Shown here piece after piece: positions 53,949 through 64,000 of a stretch of 64,000 bases of DNA. The stretch is from assembly GCA_000004985.1 (NCBI GenBank), contig GG738852.1; one strand, 5' to 3'. Position 1 is the first letter of the stretch. Every line of letters begins with the position of its first letter. The stretch is from Naegleria gruberi (Eukaryota). Both the position numbers and the translations under genes were made by a program. The notes under the pieces were generated by a model. It searched no databases, was not told where the DNA came from, and worked only from the letters and a program-made list of their open reading frames with translations.

Positions 53949-55553
53949 TTATTCTTCATCTTCATCATCGTCTTGATCGTCAATATCTTTTTCATAGTCC
54001 TCATCAACTTCAATATCATCACCTTCTTCATCATCGTCAATCATTTCATTCAAATCCAAATCTCCTTCAAACATTTCATCATTTTCATCGGCATCTTCAT
54101 CTACATCTTCGTCAACTTGTTCATCATCGTCCACTAAGAGTTCACTATCCTTTTCGAGGGTTTCTTGGAATTTTTGTAAAAAGTCATTCTTTTGTTTTTC
54201 AACTTTATCCTCCTTTTCCTTCTTCTTTCTTTGGACATTTTCTTCTTGTTGCTTCCTACGTTCTTCCTTAAGTTTCTTCTTTTCATCTCTTTCCTTCTTT
54301 TCAGCTTCCTTAATATCAGCTGGTTTATCTTCAAAGAGAGCGTGATAAATAGTTTCTCCTGTGAAAACACCTTCAACTACCTTTCTCAATTTAAGTGTCA
54401 ATCTAGGTCCAATTTCTTCTAAACGAACCTTGACTTTAGATCTAGAGTTGGCTTCAAAGTTATCATCTACTTCAACAGCTTCAGCTTGGAATTTGTTGTC
54501 AGAGTTGGCAGCCTTAGCAGCAACTACTTCATTCCTAGAGTTGAGAGCCATGAATTCCTTATTTGCAGCAGCTTCCTTTTCTTTATAATATAAGAGGGAC
54601 TTTTCTTTGAGAGCAATATCAGCTTCAAGAGAAACATATGGATCTGAAAGATCTTCAATCTTTTCAGCCTTTTTGATTTTTTCTTCAGCTTTGCTACCAA
54701 GTTTTTGTTTCATATCCTTTCTTTGTTTGTAAAGTTCTTGAAGTTCTTCCTTAACTTTATCCAATTTCTTTTTAAATTCGCTCACTTTCTTGGCAGCATT
54801 CTTCTTCAATGTATTTAATCTGAATGGAGTAATGACATCAGATGTCTTTTTGATACCATAATGTCTCATTTCTATTGTTTCATCATCTTCGTCATAGTTA
54901 AACAAAACAACTCTCTTCACATGAGCAAGTTTGAAGGATTTAACATCTACAGGAGGGAACATATTTTGGAATGTGAGTGACATCAATTGAATGTGACTCT
55001 CACTGGAAGTAAAATTGTTAAGAATACAGATGGCAGGATCTTTAAAGAAGGTTGCTTCATCACAAGAAATTTGATGGTTCAGTTCCTTTAAAAAGAAGCT
55101 TCTCAAAGTTTTCATTGTGCAATAATTTTGAATTTCAAATGTAAGTGTTGGTCCATTAGGAAGTCTACAAATATTCAAACTTGTTAAACTAACACTTGAC
55201 GTCAGTGTTACGAGATGAGTAACGTGTGCTTGCTTTGAAAATTCAACATAATCCACAACTTTAGCCTTTCCAGAATCATTCAAATCCTTGGCTGTGTATG
55301 GAAGCATAATTTTTCTCATATCGGCACACAAATTTCTCAAAGGCTCTGGTTTATATTTACCTCTAACAACAATAATTGAACGTGGCACAGAAGCAATTTC
55401 GGCTTCCTTCAATTCCTCCTTCTTTTGTTTAGCACTCTTTCTAATTTCATCACTAAAGTGTTCCTTTGATTTGTTGTCGACTTTTGTTCTCTTCTCGCTT
55501 CTTGTAAGATCGGCGAATGCACGTTGATCACCCTTTTTTCTCTTGTGAGTCAT
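53949..55553 (-). CDS. PPAN: Brix-domain ribosome biogenesis protein (SSF1/PPAN-like) with an acidic C-terminal tail
   Basis: MTHKRKKG…VPRSIIVVRGK…RKIMLPYTA…THLVTLTSS…ICRLPNGPTLTFEIQNY… is the Brix/σ70-like fold of Ssf1/Peter Pan. A poly-D/E tail follows. The ATG is at 55553. Confidence 0.7.
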   Translation of the reverse strand: MTHKRKKGDQRAFADLTRSEKRTKVDNKSKEHFSDEIRKSAKQKKEELKEAEIASVPRSIIVVRGKYKPEPLRNLCADMRKIMLPYTAKDLNDSGKAKVVDYVEFSKQAHVTHLVTLTSSVSLTSLNICRLPNGPTLTFEIQNYCTMKTLRSFFLKELNHQISCDEATFFKDPAICILNNFTSSESHIQLMSLTFQNMFPPVDVKSFKLAHVKRVVLFNYDEDDETIEMRHYGIKKTSDVITPFRLNTLKKNAAKKVSEFKKKLDKVKEELQELYKQRKDMKQKLGSKAEEKIKKAEKIEDLSDPYVSLEADIALKEKSLLYYKEKEAAANKEFMALNSRNEVVAAKAANSDNKFQAEAVEVDDNFEANSRSKVKVRLEEIGPRLTLKLRKVVEGVFTGETIYHALFEDKPADIKEAEKKERDEKKKLKEERRKQQEENVQRKKKEKEDKVEKQKNDFLQKFQETLEKDSELLVDDDEQVDEDVDEDADENDEMFEGDLDLNEMIDDDEEGDDIEVDEDYEKDIDDQDDDEDEE

Positions 55554-55972
55554 TTTTTTTTGAATTGAATAAATTTTTAAAAACTTCAAACATCTTTAGC
55601 ATTAATTTTTTTTCAGGAGTTCAACACAAGAGAAGAATTTTCCATTATCTTATGCATCAATGAGTGATGGACCACAACAAATTATATTTGAGTAATAATT
55701 GATTTATTTGATTTAAAGAAATAGTAAAATAATTTCAAGTTGGATTGATGAGTGCCTGACTATGTGAGTGGCAATTGTTTAAATAGTTGACCAAATCATT
55801 GTTCAACATTGAATTTCTTCCTTTTTTAAAATATCAAATTGGAAATATTAGAGTGTCTTTTTACAATGGAAAGTATCATGTTCATATAAAGACAATTACC
55901 TTTTCAATATAATAGTAATTTGATTCTAATTGAAAATTCTCAATCACCTCCACATCTTTAATATAAAAAACA

Positions 55973-56446
55973 ATGAATTGCAACCGTCATCGTCGTTATC
56001 ATTCAAAACAGCAACAACCACTACTACTTACAACCATTATAGCAGCAGTATTGATTATCTTTGCATGGTTACAAGCTTCCAGGGCCTTGGATTTGGGTCA
56101 AAGTGTGGACAATCAATTGGTTAGACCAGGAGGAAAGTTTCCAATGACAAATCAAACTCTCATTGAAGAATTATCCAATTTTATAGTTTCCAATTCTTCA
56201 CTCAATCAAATTTGTTCAGTGCAACGTGTTATTAATCCTCAACAACAAATTGTAGCTGGAACCATGTACTATATGACTATCCAAGTTTCCAGAATCAAAC
56301 CAGGAAGTGGATATACAACTGCTCAATGTGGTACAGTCAATCCTGCCAATTTGGAAGTAGTTTGTGAGGAAGTTAAAATTTTCAAACCACTCAACTCAAA
56401 CACTTATCAAATTAAGAATGAAACTATTGTAACTTGTCCACCTTAA
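55973..56446 (+). CDS. Cystatin-family cysteine-protease inhibitor with an N-terminal signal-anchor
   Basis: It carries the conserved Q-x-V-x-G reactive site (QQIVAGTMYYMTIQV), the N-terminal G, a C-terminal Cys pair, and an N-terminal hydrophobic stretch LLLTTIIAAVLIIFAWL. Confidence 0.6.
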   Translation: MNCNRHRRYHSKQQQPLLLTTIIAAVLIIFAWLQASRALDLGQSVDNQLVRPGGKFPMTNQTLIEELSNFIVSNSSLNQICSVQRVINPQQQIVAGTMYYMTIQVSRIKPGSGYTTAQCGTVNPANLEVVCEEVKIFKPLNSNTYQIKNETIVTCPP

Positions 56447-56750
56447 ACCATTTGAAATATTGTAATACAATAAACAGTGTGAGATTTCAAACAACTTGAA
56501 CCATTCGAATGAACTCTGATGTATTTTTACAAAACTTGTTCATCCACTGATATGAACCACATTTCAATCAACCTGGAAGAATTTAAAATCAAACTCTTCC
56601 AAACAATCAAAAAAAATACAACACTCCCAACCACATGAATTCATTCTCAAATCTAACATAATCATCTCAACATCAACACAACATTGAAAATCACCCTCAT
56701 TATCATCAACACCCAAGTTATAACTTTTCAAGAAAAAATTGAAGAAAAAA

Positions 56751-59444
56751 ATGTTGAATCCCTTTCAACAGTTGCCTCACTATCCACAACCAACCACTCA
56801 ACAACAAGATAATAACAATTCAATTACAATGTCAACAACAAGTGGTGGAAAAACACACCAAGAAATGTTACAACTCGGAACAAATTCTAGTAGTTCTACT
56901 CTTCAGTCTGGTATAAATAATGCATTCCGAAAGAATGCCAGCAATAATAATAATAATGGAGGAGGGAGTAGATGTTTTTCTCCACTCTCACCTATTGGAT
57001 ATACAATGAATAGTGCTAGTAGTGGTAGTAATTATGCAACCAATGGAGGAAACCAATCTCCATTTGATATTGCAAATAATATGGATTCAATATTTCCGAC
57101 CTTTCCCAATGAAGAAAGTCGTTTGCCAAAGGTAAAGAATTTGCTAGGTGTTCCAACACCTCGTTTTTGTGCATACATGTTGAGAGGATTGCATGAATTG
57201 TACACTCCTATTGGTCCTAATATTTGTGGCTGGAATTTGTTGGATTCTAATTGGTCATTGAATGAATTGGACCAAATGGTAATGGAAAATGTCAAGTGTG
57301 GAAGTGATTTCAATAATAGATTTTTGAATTTTACTGCACATTCCAATTTAATTACAGTTTTGCAGCAAAATCCAAAATATAGTAATTTTATTGCCAGTGC
57401 ATGTTACTCAGGAGAGTTGAAAATTTGGAAATTCAATGAATCATTCAATGTTCTCAATATGGAAGCGAATGAAAATCCTTTTGAATGCATGCAAACAATT
57501 CAAATTCCAAACTCTTTCAGATGCCAATGTGGATTTTGGAGTGCAGACGGCTCTAAATTTGTAATATGTACAGAGGGATACGGAGGTAGAATTACAGTCT
57601 TTGATTTTAATCCAAAAACCCTAAATATGAGTATAATCGACCAATCAGCTGGGTTCTATCAGATGGCCTCATTCATTCGACCACTGAATGGAGATAGTGC
57701 TGGTAGATATTTCATCTTTGCACTTGAACAAGTTAAACAAAAGAAGGAATGCGGAGTTTCTCTCTCACTTTTCGAAATTGAAAATGGTACCAGATTGAAT
57801 CACATAGATACAAAACCACTCAATTCCAGTGGACCATTGAGTACAACACTCGAATGCAATAGTAATGAAAATTTACTAGCAGTAGCTTTCCAAGATAGAA
57901 GTGTAAAAATTTATGGAATTGATGACAAGATGGATATTAAGGAGTTTTGTTCATTCACGGCCATTGGTAGAGGCACTATTTTCATGATGCAATTCAATTC
58001 ACGTGACGAATTGAGTTTCCACAATTGTGAGAAAAAGACAATTGATATTTATCAGATACAGAGGGTGAATTCAGGAGAAGACTTTTTCGAATCCAAATTA
58101 ATTTCTCAACACTCATTGAATTCTTCTGCAATTTCCCTTTACTTTTTCAAATGGTTGGGTGATAGTTTAATATGGACTTACATTGATTCTGAATTCTCAC
58201 TCGTAAAGGTTAAGAGACAAGAGTCTGAACTAGCAATCAAACCTGGAAAGAAAGTGACTTCCATAAGATATCACGATTTAACATGTTGTGGTATTGACTT
58301 TTCACCTGATGGTGAGTTTTTAGTGACTGGTGACTTTGTAGGTCAAGTCATGTTATGGAAAACCAATGGAAATTCACACATACCAATAATGTCTAGTTTT
58401 GTTCCTGGATCTGTGAGAGCAATTTGTTGCAAGTGGCATGAAAATAGTTGGAACGATTCTGAAATTGATGAGAATATGAATTCTAGAATTTTATCTGTAT
58501 TCATTGGATCTCTAGATAAGAATGTACATTGTTGGAATATTGATTTGGATAAGATGGAGACCATTGATGATCCTTATAACAATATCAAATTTTCTCTCAC
58601 ATCCGATATTGTTTGTTTGAGATGGTGTAATGGAAAATGTCCAAGACTTTTGGCATGTGGCAGTAGTAATGGTATGCTATGTGTTATGGAAGACAACTCG
58701 AGAGAATCTCCAATTCTAAAGATTAAATTGGCAATCATTGCACACAAACCAATATTTGGAAATAAGGACACTAGGTTTGGATCAATATCGAAATTCAGTG
58801 AAATTTGGTCCGTTTGCTTTTCACCTTGCAATCAATATGTTGTCACTTGCAGTGAAGATCAAACAACAAGAATTTTCGATCTATATGGAACACAACTTCA
58901 TTCCCTCACTGGTCACACAACTGCTGTTACATCAGTAGAGTGGAAATATATTAAGGGAATTGGTGAGTTGATAGTGACATGTGCAGACGATAGAACTGTC
59001 ATGGTGTGGCGATTGAATACTCAATATGCAGATAAGGATAAACATTACCATCACTACCACCAATTATACGAATTGGAAAAGCAACAAGGACAAAAAGCTT
59101 TAGAGGAACAAGAAGATGACTTTGATAAACAGGAACGTCACTCCATGGATAGATGGGGTCTGTATCATGTCTTTAGAACTGATGATCAGTACGGATTAGA
59201 TTGGCACACTCTGACCTATCTCCAAATTGAACCAAGAGGTACTCGTCTCAGTGTTTCCACTCAAAATGGATATGTCTTTGTTTGGGATTTGAGATTTAGA
59301 AAATTAGTGAGTTTTGGTAAGGGACATCAAGGTTCAATTGAAGGTCTCAAATGGATTACTCACATGAATGAGAATGGCATCTCCAATCTGTTGGCAACCT
59401 GTAGCAGTGATTGTACCATTAATATTTTCGAAATGCACTACTAA
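56751..59444 (+). CDS. WD40-repeat protein (about 898 aa) with an N/S-rich N-terminus, unassigned
   Basis: Repeated …GH…V.S(V/C).(W/F)…D…(I/V)WD/N motifs (e.g. VTCSEDQTTRIFDLYG, HSLTGHTTAVTSVEW, TCADDRTVMVWRL, TCSSDCTINIFEM). Confidence 0.6.
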   Translation: MLNPFQQLPHYPQPTTQQQDNNNSITMSTTSGGKTHQEMLQLGTNSSSSTLQSGINNAFRKNASNNNNNGGGSRCFSPLSPIGYTMNSASSGSNYATNGGNQSPFDIANNMDSIFPTFPNEESRLPKVKNLLGVPTPRFCAYMLRGLHELYTPIGPNICGWNLLDSNWSLNELDQMVMENVKCGSDFNNRFLNFTAHSNLITVLQQNPKYSNFIASACYSGELKIWKFNESFNVLNMEANENPFECMQTIQIPNSFRCQCGFWSADGSKFVICTEGYGGRITVFDFNPKTLNMSIIDQSAGFYQMASFIRPLNGDSAGRYFIFALEQVKQKKECGVSLSLFEIENGTRLNHIDTKPLNSSGPLSTTLECNSNENLLAVAFQDRSVKIYGIDDKMDIKEFCSFTAIGRGTIFMMQFNSRDELSFHNCEKKTIDIYQIQRVNSGEDFFESKLISQHSLNSSAISLYFFKWLGDSLIWTYIDSEFSLVKVKRQESELAIKPGKKVTSIRYHDLTCCGIDFSPDGEFLVTGDFVGQVMLWKTNGNSHIPIMSSFVPGSVRAICCKWHENSWNDSEIDENMNSRILSVFIGSLDKNVHCWNIDLDKMETIDDPYNNIKFSLTSDIVCLRWCNGKCPRLLACGSSNGMLCVMEDNSRESPILKIKLAIIAHKPIFGNKDTRFGSISKFSEIWSVCFSPCNQYVVTCSEDQTTRIFDLYGTQLHSLTGHTTAVTSVEWKYIKGIGELIVTCADDRTVMVWRLNTQYADKDKHYHHYHQLYELEKQQGQKALEEQEDDFDKQERHSMDRWGLYHVFRTDDQYGLDWHTLTYLQIEPRGTRLSVSTQNGYVFVWDLRFRKLVSFGKGHQGSIEGLKWITHMNENGISNLLATCSSDCTINIFEMHY

Positions 59445-59555
59445 ATAGCAACTACTAGGATATTAATTATAAAACTCGAGTACTGTTTGGATTTTTTGTT
59501 TTCAATTCTTTTTCTGTATTTTAAACTGACCATTTAAAATATCAAACAATAAAAA

Positions 59556-60220
59556 ATGGTAGTTCACTCGATATACGTGCTGAACAAGGCTGGTGGTTTG
59601 ATTTATCAAAGGGTAAGTGGTGATGATCAACATGTTGATCAAGAAAAATTATAATTAATTGGATCGGAATGACGTGATCACGATGTGATGTTGCGGATTT
59701 AAATATTAAATTTTAATAGGATTTTGGAAAATTCTCAGAGTTTGTAAAAATTGAAAAGGAGAATGTTGAATTATTAAAAACAAATCCAACAGGTGTGATT
59801 CCACAAAACAAATATGATGGAAAATTTATTAAACCTTTCGGAAATCAATATTTGACATTGGCATCAACATTTCACGGGCTTCATGCCATTTCAAAAGAAT
59901 TAATTCCACCACATGCACGTGTTAATCCAGAAGAGGAAAATGGTGGTATTGAAGTACTTGATTGTGGAACTTACAAATTATTTTGCCATGCTGCAACAAC
60001 AGGAACTAAATTCTTTTATTTATTTGATGCCAAGAAATTCTCCAATGATGGTGTCAGTACCATGGAAGATTGTTGTAAATGGGTTTACCAATGTTATGTA
60101 GATTATGTAATGAAGAATCCTTTTTATGAATTGGAAATGCCAATCAAATGTTCTCTATTTGATGAACATTTAGATAAATACATGACAAATTTGAACTCGA
60201 CCCTCAAGAAGGCACCATAA
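59556..60220 (+). CDS. TRAPPC4: TRAPP complex subunit 4 (synbindin/Trs23); 2 exons 59556..59612, 59720..60220
   Basis: Exon 1 MVVHSIYVLNKAGGLIYQR matches MAIFSVYVVNKAGGLIYQ. Exon 2 …NQYLTLASTFHGLHAIS…GGIEVLDCGTYKLFCHAATTGTKFFYL…KNPFYELEMPIKCSLFDEHL matches the synbindin longin core. The intron is GTAAGT…AATAG, 107 nt, phase 0. Confidence 0.85.
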
Positions 60221-60272
60221 TTTTACATTATCTCATAATTTATTGTATAAATGTTTAAAATTGTAAAAATCT

Positions 60273-60943
60273 TTAAAGCATAACAATATCACCAGGTTTC
60301 AACTTGGTTTTTTCTTGTTTTTTCTTTTCAATTTGCTTTCTTCTAGCTTCATCTACTTTTGATGTAAATTCATACCATGTACTCATATCATCTGCTGTTT
60401 TAGATTCCCTCTTCCTTTCTTCTTTCTTCTCTTTAGGTGTCACTGATGCAATATTGTTTTGTATAATTTCAAGAATTTCTAAAATTTGATCTTCAGAATA
60501 TCTAGATTCACAATTTTCAATAATCTTTGATAAATATTAAATATATTTTAGTATTAGAAGATAACTCACAGAGTGAATTTCCACAAGTGATGATGGTGGA
60601 CTATTAATTACTAACATCTTTTCCGATCGTGTCAATGAGAATGGTCCCAAATCCTTTAATAAATTCCTAATAGATTCCTCATTTTGATTGTTAACTTTAG
60701 TTTGTTTATCAAAATAATATAATAATCTACATTGAAAATCTAGCAGTGGATCCCTAAATCTTTTAAAATTTGATTCCCGAACTCCTAGTTTTTCTTTTCT
60801 ATTTTCAAAATGTTGTTCAACAATTTCTTTCACTTCAAAATTTGTCAATGGATATTCTTCGACTTTTAATCTGTTATTTATTTATGTTCCGAAATTATTG
60901 TTATTATTTTATTCCTCTCTGGTGCTGCTACGTACACTTTCAT
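60273..60943 (-). CDS. RPC9: Rpb4/RPC9-family RNA polymerase subunit (most like Pol III RPC9/CGRP-RCP); 3 exons 60943..60936, 60870..60570, 60524..60273
   Basis: …LTNFEVKEIVEQHFENRKE…FSLTRSEKMLVINSPPSSLVEIHS|IIENCESRYSEDQILEILEIIQNNI… matches the RPC9 blocks (LSNYEV…LTKAEKLQLLN…VEIQ…EERLTEEQIE). Introns are GTACGT…AACAG (65 nt) and GTGAGT…CAAAG (45 nt). An 8-nt first exon ATGAAAGT is inferred. Confidence 0.6.
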
Positions 60944-61284
60944 TTTTTATTTGAATTTATAAAATTCAAAAATAACGTTAAATTAAAGTTTAATATTGAA
61001 ATTGCACAATTTACAACAACATTGCCAAGTGATTGGTGCTAATAGAGAAATGAATGGAATTACAATTTTATTTGGGAATTTACCAATGAATAATTGGATA
61101 ATCCCATAAATCGATTAGCCCATTGCTAATTTCGTCTCCGATTTGAGTTGTTAGTTGTTGTTCAATCATGTAAATGATTGTAGGATGGTTGTCCTAATGA
61201 TTTACAAGGAATTCATAAGATAAGGATAAATTCCAAAGAGTTCTTCTTTTGAAATTCAATCTGAATTAAATTCAATTCACCTTT

Positions 61285-62060
61285 TTAATTGTATCTGTAC
61301 TTTTCAACCATGAGTTTGGCAATTGCAGAGTCACTAGATGTTAAATAGTAATTACTATCCTTGAGACATGTTGAAATAATGTCATCAAATTTAATATCTT
61401 CACAATCCAAGCCAGAGTGACCTTGTTGACCACAATTAAAACAAAACTTCTTGTTCGAAAATGATTTGTAACTCGATGAACAATTCTATATATCGGATTA
61501 TTGTTAGCAACAGTTAGATAAATTACAATTAAATATTAAAATTTGATAAAACTTACCAAATGTCCCTTCTCCCCACAAACGAAACAAGTAACATCGGCAG
61601 GAATGTCATCTTTTGTGATAATATATTGTTTCATTGGACATTTGGATTGCAAGTGTCCTTTCTTCGAGCACCATTCACAAACAATTGCAGTAGCAGCCTT
61701 GTGAGGACAATTATCAACTTTATGCTTGTTCAAACAAATTGGGCAATAATTACTCGTACACCTAGTTTCATCGTGGTCACCTCCACAAGTTTTACATACA
61801 AATTCATATTCACTCTTTGATCCGCACTGAAGAGTTAAATCCATTCTCAAATTTTCATCGGTTGGTGTATTGTTATTTTCTTCCGAAGATGATTCACTAC
61901 TATCATCATTAATTTCCAAGATGGGTATTTGAAGTGATGATTGTTCCTTCTTGGACTTTCCATTTTCCACCTTTTTCGATTTTTCAATCTTTTGTTTTAA
62001 TTGTTCAAAGGCTCGAGAGGTTTTTGTTGACGATGCTACTGCTTGTTTCTTTTTGGCCAT
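61285..62060 (-). CDS. CCHC zinc-knuckle protein (≥3 knuckles); 2 exons 62060..61557, 61485..61285
   Basis: C-x2-C-x4-H-x4-C units are present (CKTCGGDHDETRC, CEWCSKKGHLQSKC, CFVCGEKGHL|…, CFNCGQQGHSGLDC). The intron is GTAAGT…TATAG, 71 nt, phase 0. Confidence 0.6.
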
Positions 62061-62142
62061 TTTTTTTCAAGTATTTTTTTGATTTTCGTTTCAAGATTGA
62101 AATGAATGGTTGTTATTGATACAATTAATTTATTGTGCCATA

Positions 62143-63798
62143 TCAGACCAAAACAATTTCCAGCCAAGGGATTGATTGTGCCATTTTTACAATCGATTCA
62201 GAAAGCTTATTGTCAGAAATGTCCAATTTTTTCAAACTGAAAAGTTGAGATCGAGATCTGCTTATTGAAATAATTGATTCCTCTCCAATCTTGTTATCAG
62301 CAATAACTAATTCTTCTAATTTTCCAAAATATTGACCTTTGCAAATGTATTGCACTCCAGAATTTTCCAAATTATTGCAAGTCAATTCAAGTATTTTAAG
62401 ATTTTTAAAATTTGGAGAGTTGGCTAGCGCTTTTGCTCCCTCTTCACCAATATGATTCGATCCCAAATGAATTTTTGTAATACTTTTCAAGTAAGGGCTC
62501 TGACTTAATACTTGGCATCCCTTGTCTCCAATAAAGTTGTGACTCCAATTGAGAGTGTGAATATTGATGAGGTATGGCAATTCAGAAATCATATTAATAC
62601 CTTCCACCCCTTTCAGGGTCATGTTTAACAGTTTGATATTTTTCATATTGAGTCCATTAAATACAATATTTGCATGTTCCGCGGTGAAATATCTACAACT
62701 ACAATTTAAATCTGTCACCTTCGATAGAATAGTGCTGGAAACAACCCTTTCAAAACCCTCCTTTTGAACATTATTAGTACTGATATCTAATACAGTAAGG
62801 TTTCTCAAATATTCGCTTTGTGAAATTTCCACAGCAGCTTTATCACTAATTCCAGTTTTTGAAACGTCTAGTACTCTTAAATTTGACATGTTCGGACTTT
62901 GTACTAAATCTATTATTGCTGCATCACCTGCATTATTCCCATAGAGAGCCAAGGTTTTCAGATTCTTAATGTAAGGACTGTGAGCTAGTGCAGTAACTCC
63001 TATCCCTCCAATTTCATTAATGTCAAGAGAGATGTTGGTCAGATTGCTCATATTTTCACTATTGGCTAGTGATGTTAGACCCTCGGTCCTAAAAAATGTT
63101 CGATAACAATTCAATTCTGTCAGATTCTTAATATATAAGCTCTCAGATAGGGATTTTGCTCCAGCTTGAGTCACATTGTTCTTTGAAATGTCCAAATAGG
63201 TAAGGCCGGACAGAAAGGGGCTATTGGCTATTGATCTAATTGCTTCATCTCCAAACTCATTATTATAAATATCCAGATGGGTCAATTTGCTTAAATATTT
63301 ACAATTAGCCAATTTTGAAACTCCTTTATCAGTTAAATAATTCCCATACAAATCCAAATGTGTTAAATTTTGAAATATATCAGATTGAGTGAAGCCTTCA
63401 ATTCCTTCATCTCCTATCTTGTTACAAAATAATATCAAAGTTTTCAAATTTTGCAAGTTTGAACATTTGGCTAATTCGATCAATCCTGCATTATCTAATT
63501 TGGCACTTGGAGCAGCATATCTAAAACTTAGAAACGTCAAATTATTTAAATATTTTGAATTTGATTCTGATATTGATTTAACCAAATCCCTTCCCTTGAT
63601 CAATCGCTTTTTTATCCAAGTCAATTTAATATTTGTTGCCTCCCTTTGCCACTGCTTTGAAATTAGAATACACGATGAAAGAACATCCTTTGAATCAAGA
63701 AATGCCATGATTGAGAAACAAATATCATCTGGCAAATCAGTATGGCTATGGGTACTATGGGATCGGGTAGACTTTTTAAGAAACGAAAGCAGAGGCAT
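62143..63798 (-). CDS. F-box / leucine-rich-repeat (RNI-like LRR) protein
   Basis: N-terminal F-box LPDDICFSIMAFLDSKDVLSSCILISKQW, then about 16 RNI-type LRRs (…L.L.SN.IGDEG…L..L.L..N.I…). Confidence 0.7.
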   Translation of the reverse strand: MPLLSFLKKSTRSHSTHSHTDLPDDICFSIMAFLDSKDVLSSCILISKQWQREATNIKLTWIKKRLIKGRDLVKSISESNSKYLNNLTFLSFRYAAPSAKLDNAGLIELAKCSNLQNLKTLILFCNKIGDEGIEGFTQSDIFQNLTHLDLYGNYLTDKGVSKLANCKYLSKLTHLDIYNNEFGDEAIRSIANSPFLSGLTYLDISKNNVTQAGAKSLSESLYIKNLTELNCYRTFFRTEGLTSLANSENMSNLTNISLDINEIGGIGVTALAHSPYIKNLKTLALYGNNAGDAAIIDLVQSPNMSNLRVLDVSKTGISDKAAVEISQSEYLRNLTVLDISTNNVQKEGFERVVSSTILSKVTDLNCSCRYFTAEHANIVFNGLNMKNIKLLNMTLKGVEGINMISELPYLINIHTLNWSHNFIGDKGCQVLSQSPYLKSITKIHLGSNHIGEEGAKALANSPNFKNLKILELTCNNLENSGVQYICKGQYFGKLEELVIADNKIGEESIISISRSRSQLFSLKKLDISDNKLSESIVKMAQSIPWLEIVLV

Positions 63799-64000
63799 GG
63801 TATGATATTTTTTTCAACTTGGTTTAAAGTTCATATTTCCAAAGTTGTTTTTACAAAGGTTATGGAATTATTTAATTTCATGAACAATTTAAAAAACATT
63901 TGCAAATTACAAAGTTAATATCTCAATAAAATAATCAAATTATTCAGAAGTCAATAATTATTGGAAAAAATGACTAAAACTGCCAAACACAAGTTTATGT

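Noticed and set aside
1-64000. Prokaryotic-style features (operons, CRISPR arrays, IS elements, rRNA operon)
   Set aside because: The window shows spliceosomal introns with GTAAGT donors, eukaryote-specific genes (kinesin, ELP1, TBCC, TRAPP) and mixed strand orientation. No direct-repeat/spacer arrays or transposase-like ORFs were seen.

Overview
This is a gene-dense, AT-rich nuclear eukaryotic segment with about 36 protein-coding genes in 64 kb on both strands. Most genes have one to five short spliceosomal introns (about 25-90 nt, one of about 225 nt) with GTAAGT, GTATGT, GTACGT or GTAGGT donors and AG acceptors. Many encoded proteins carry N/Q/S-rich low-complexity stretches. Nothing prokaryotic (operons, CRISPR) is present, and I could not support any rRNA or tRNA gene by eye. 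Products recognisable from the translations include QTRT1 (partial), ELP1, kinesin-2 motor, OGG1, TBCC, CDC50/LEM3, tilB/LRRC6 (DNAAF11), TRAPPC4, an RPC9/Rpb4-family polymerase subunit, an ICT1-type peptidyl-tRNA hydrolase, Brix/PPAN, a TMC channel homologue, a ThrE/DUF1212 membrane protein, a cystatin, a Q-SNARE, an F-box/LRR protein and a CCHC zinc-knuckle protein. The most notable content is a concentration of cilium/flagellum genes: kinesin-2, a large WD40+coiled-coil CFAP43/44-like protein (about 1700 aa, reconstructed from six exons), tilB/LRRC6, TBCC, a TMC channel and an LRR protein. This points to a flagellated protist; it is compatible with a heterolobosean amoeboflagellate such as Naegleria, but that is not provable from the sequence. 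Further curiosities include a 13-nt microexon inside the kinesin P-loop, an 8-nt first exon (ATGAAAGT) in the RPC9 gene, candidate ultra-short 25-31 nt introns, convergent gene pairs separated by 2-12 bp, a D-box (securin-like) protein, an LNR-module giant membrane protein, a PB1+NYN-like fusion, a prokaryote-type Zn-ribbon protein and a 1.5-kb gene-free island. All splice models were derived by eye, so their coordinates carry uncertainty.
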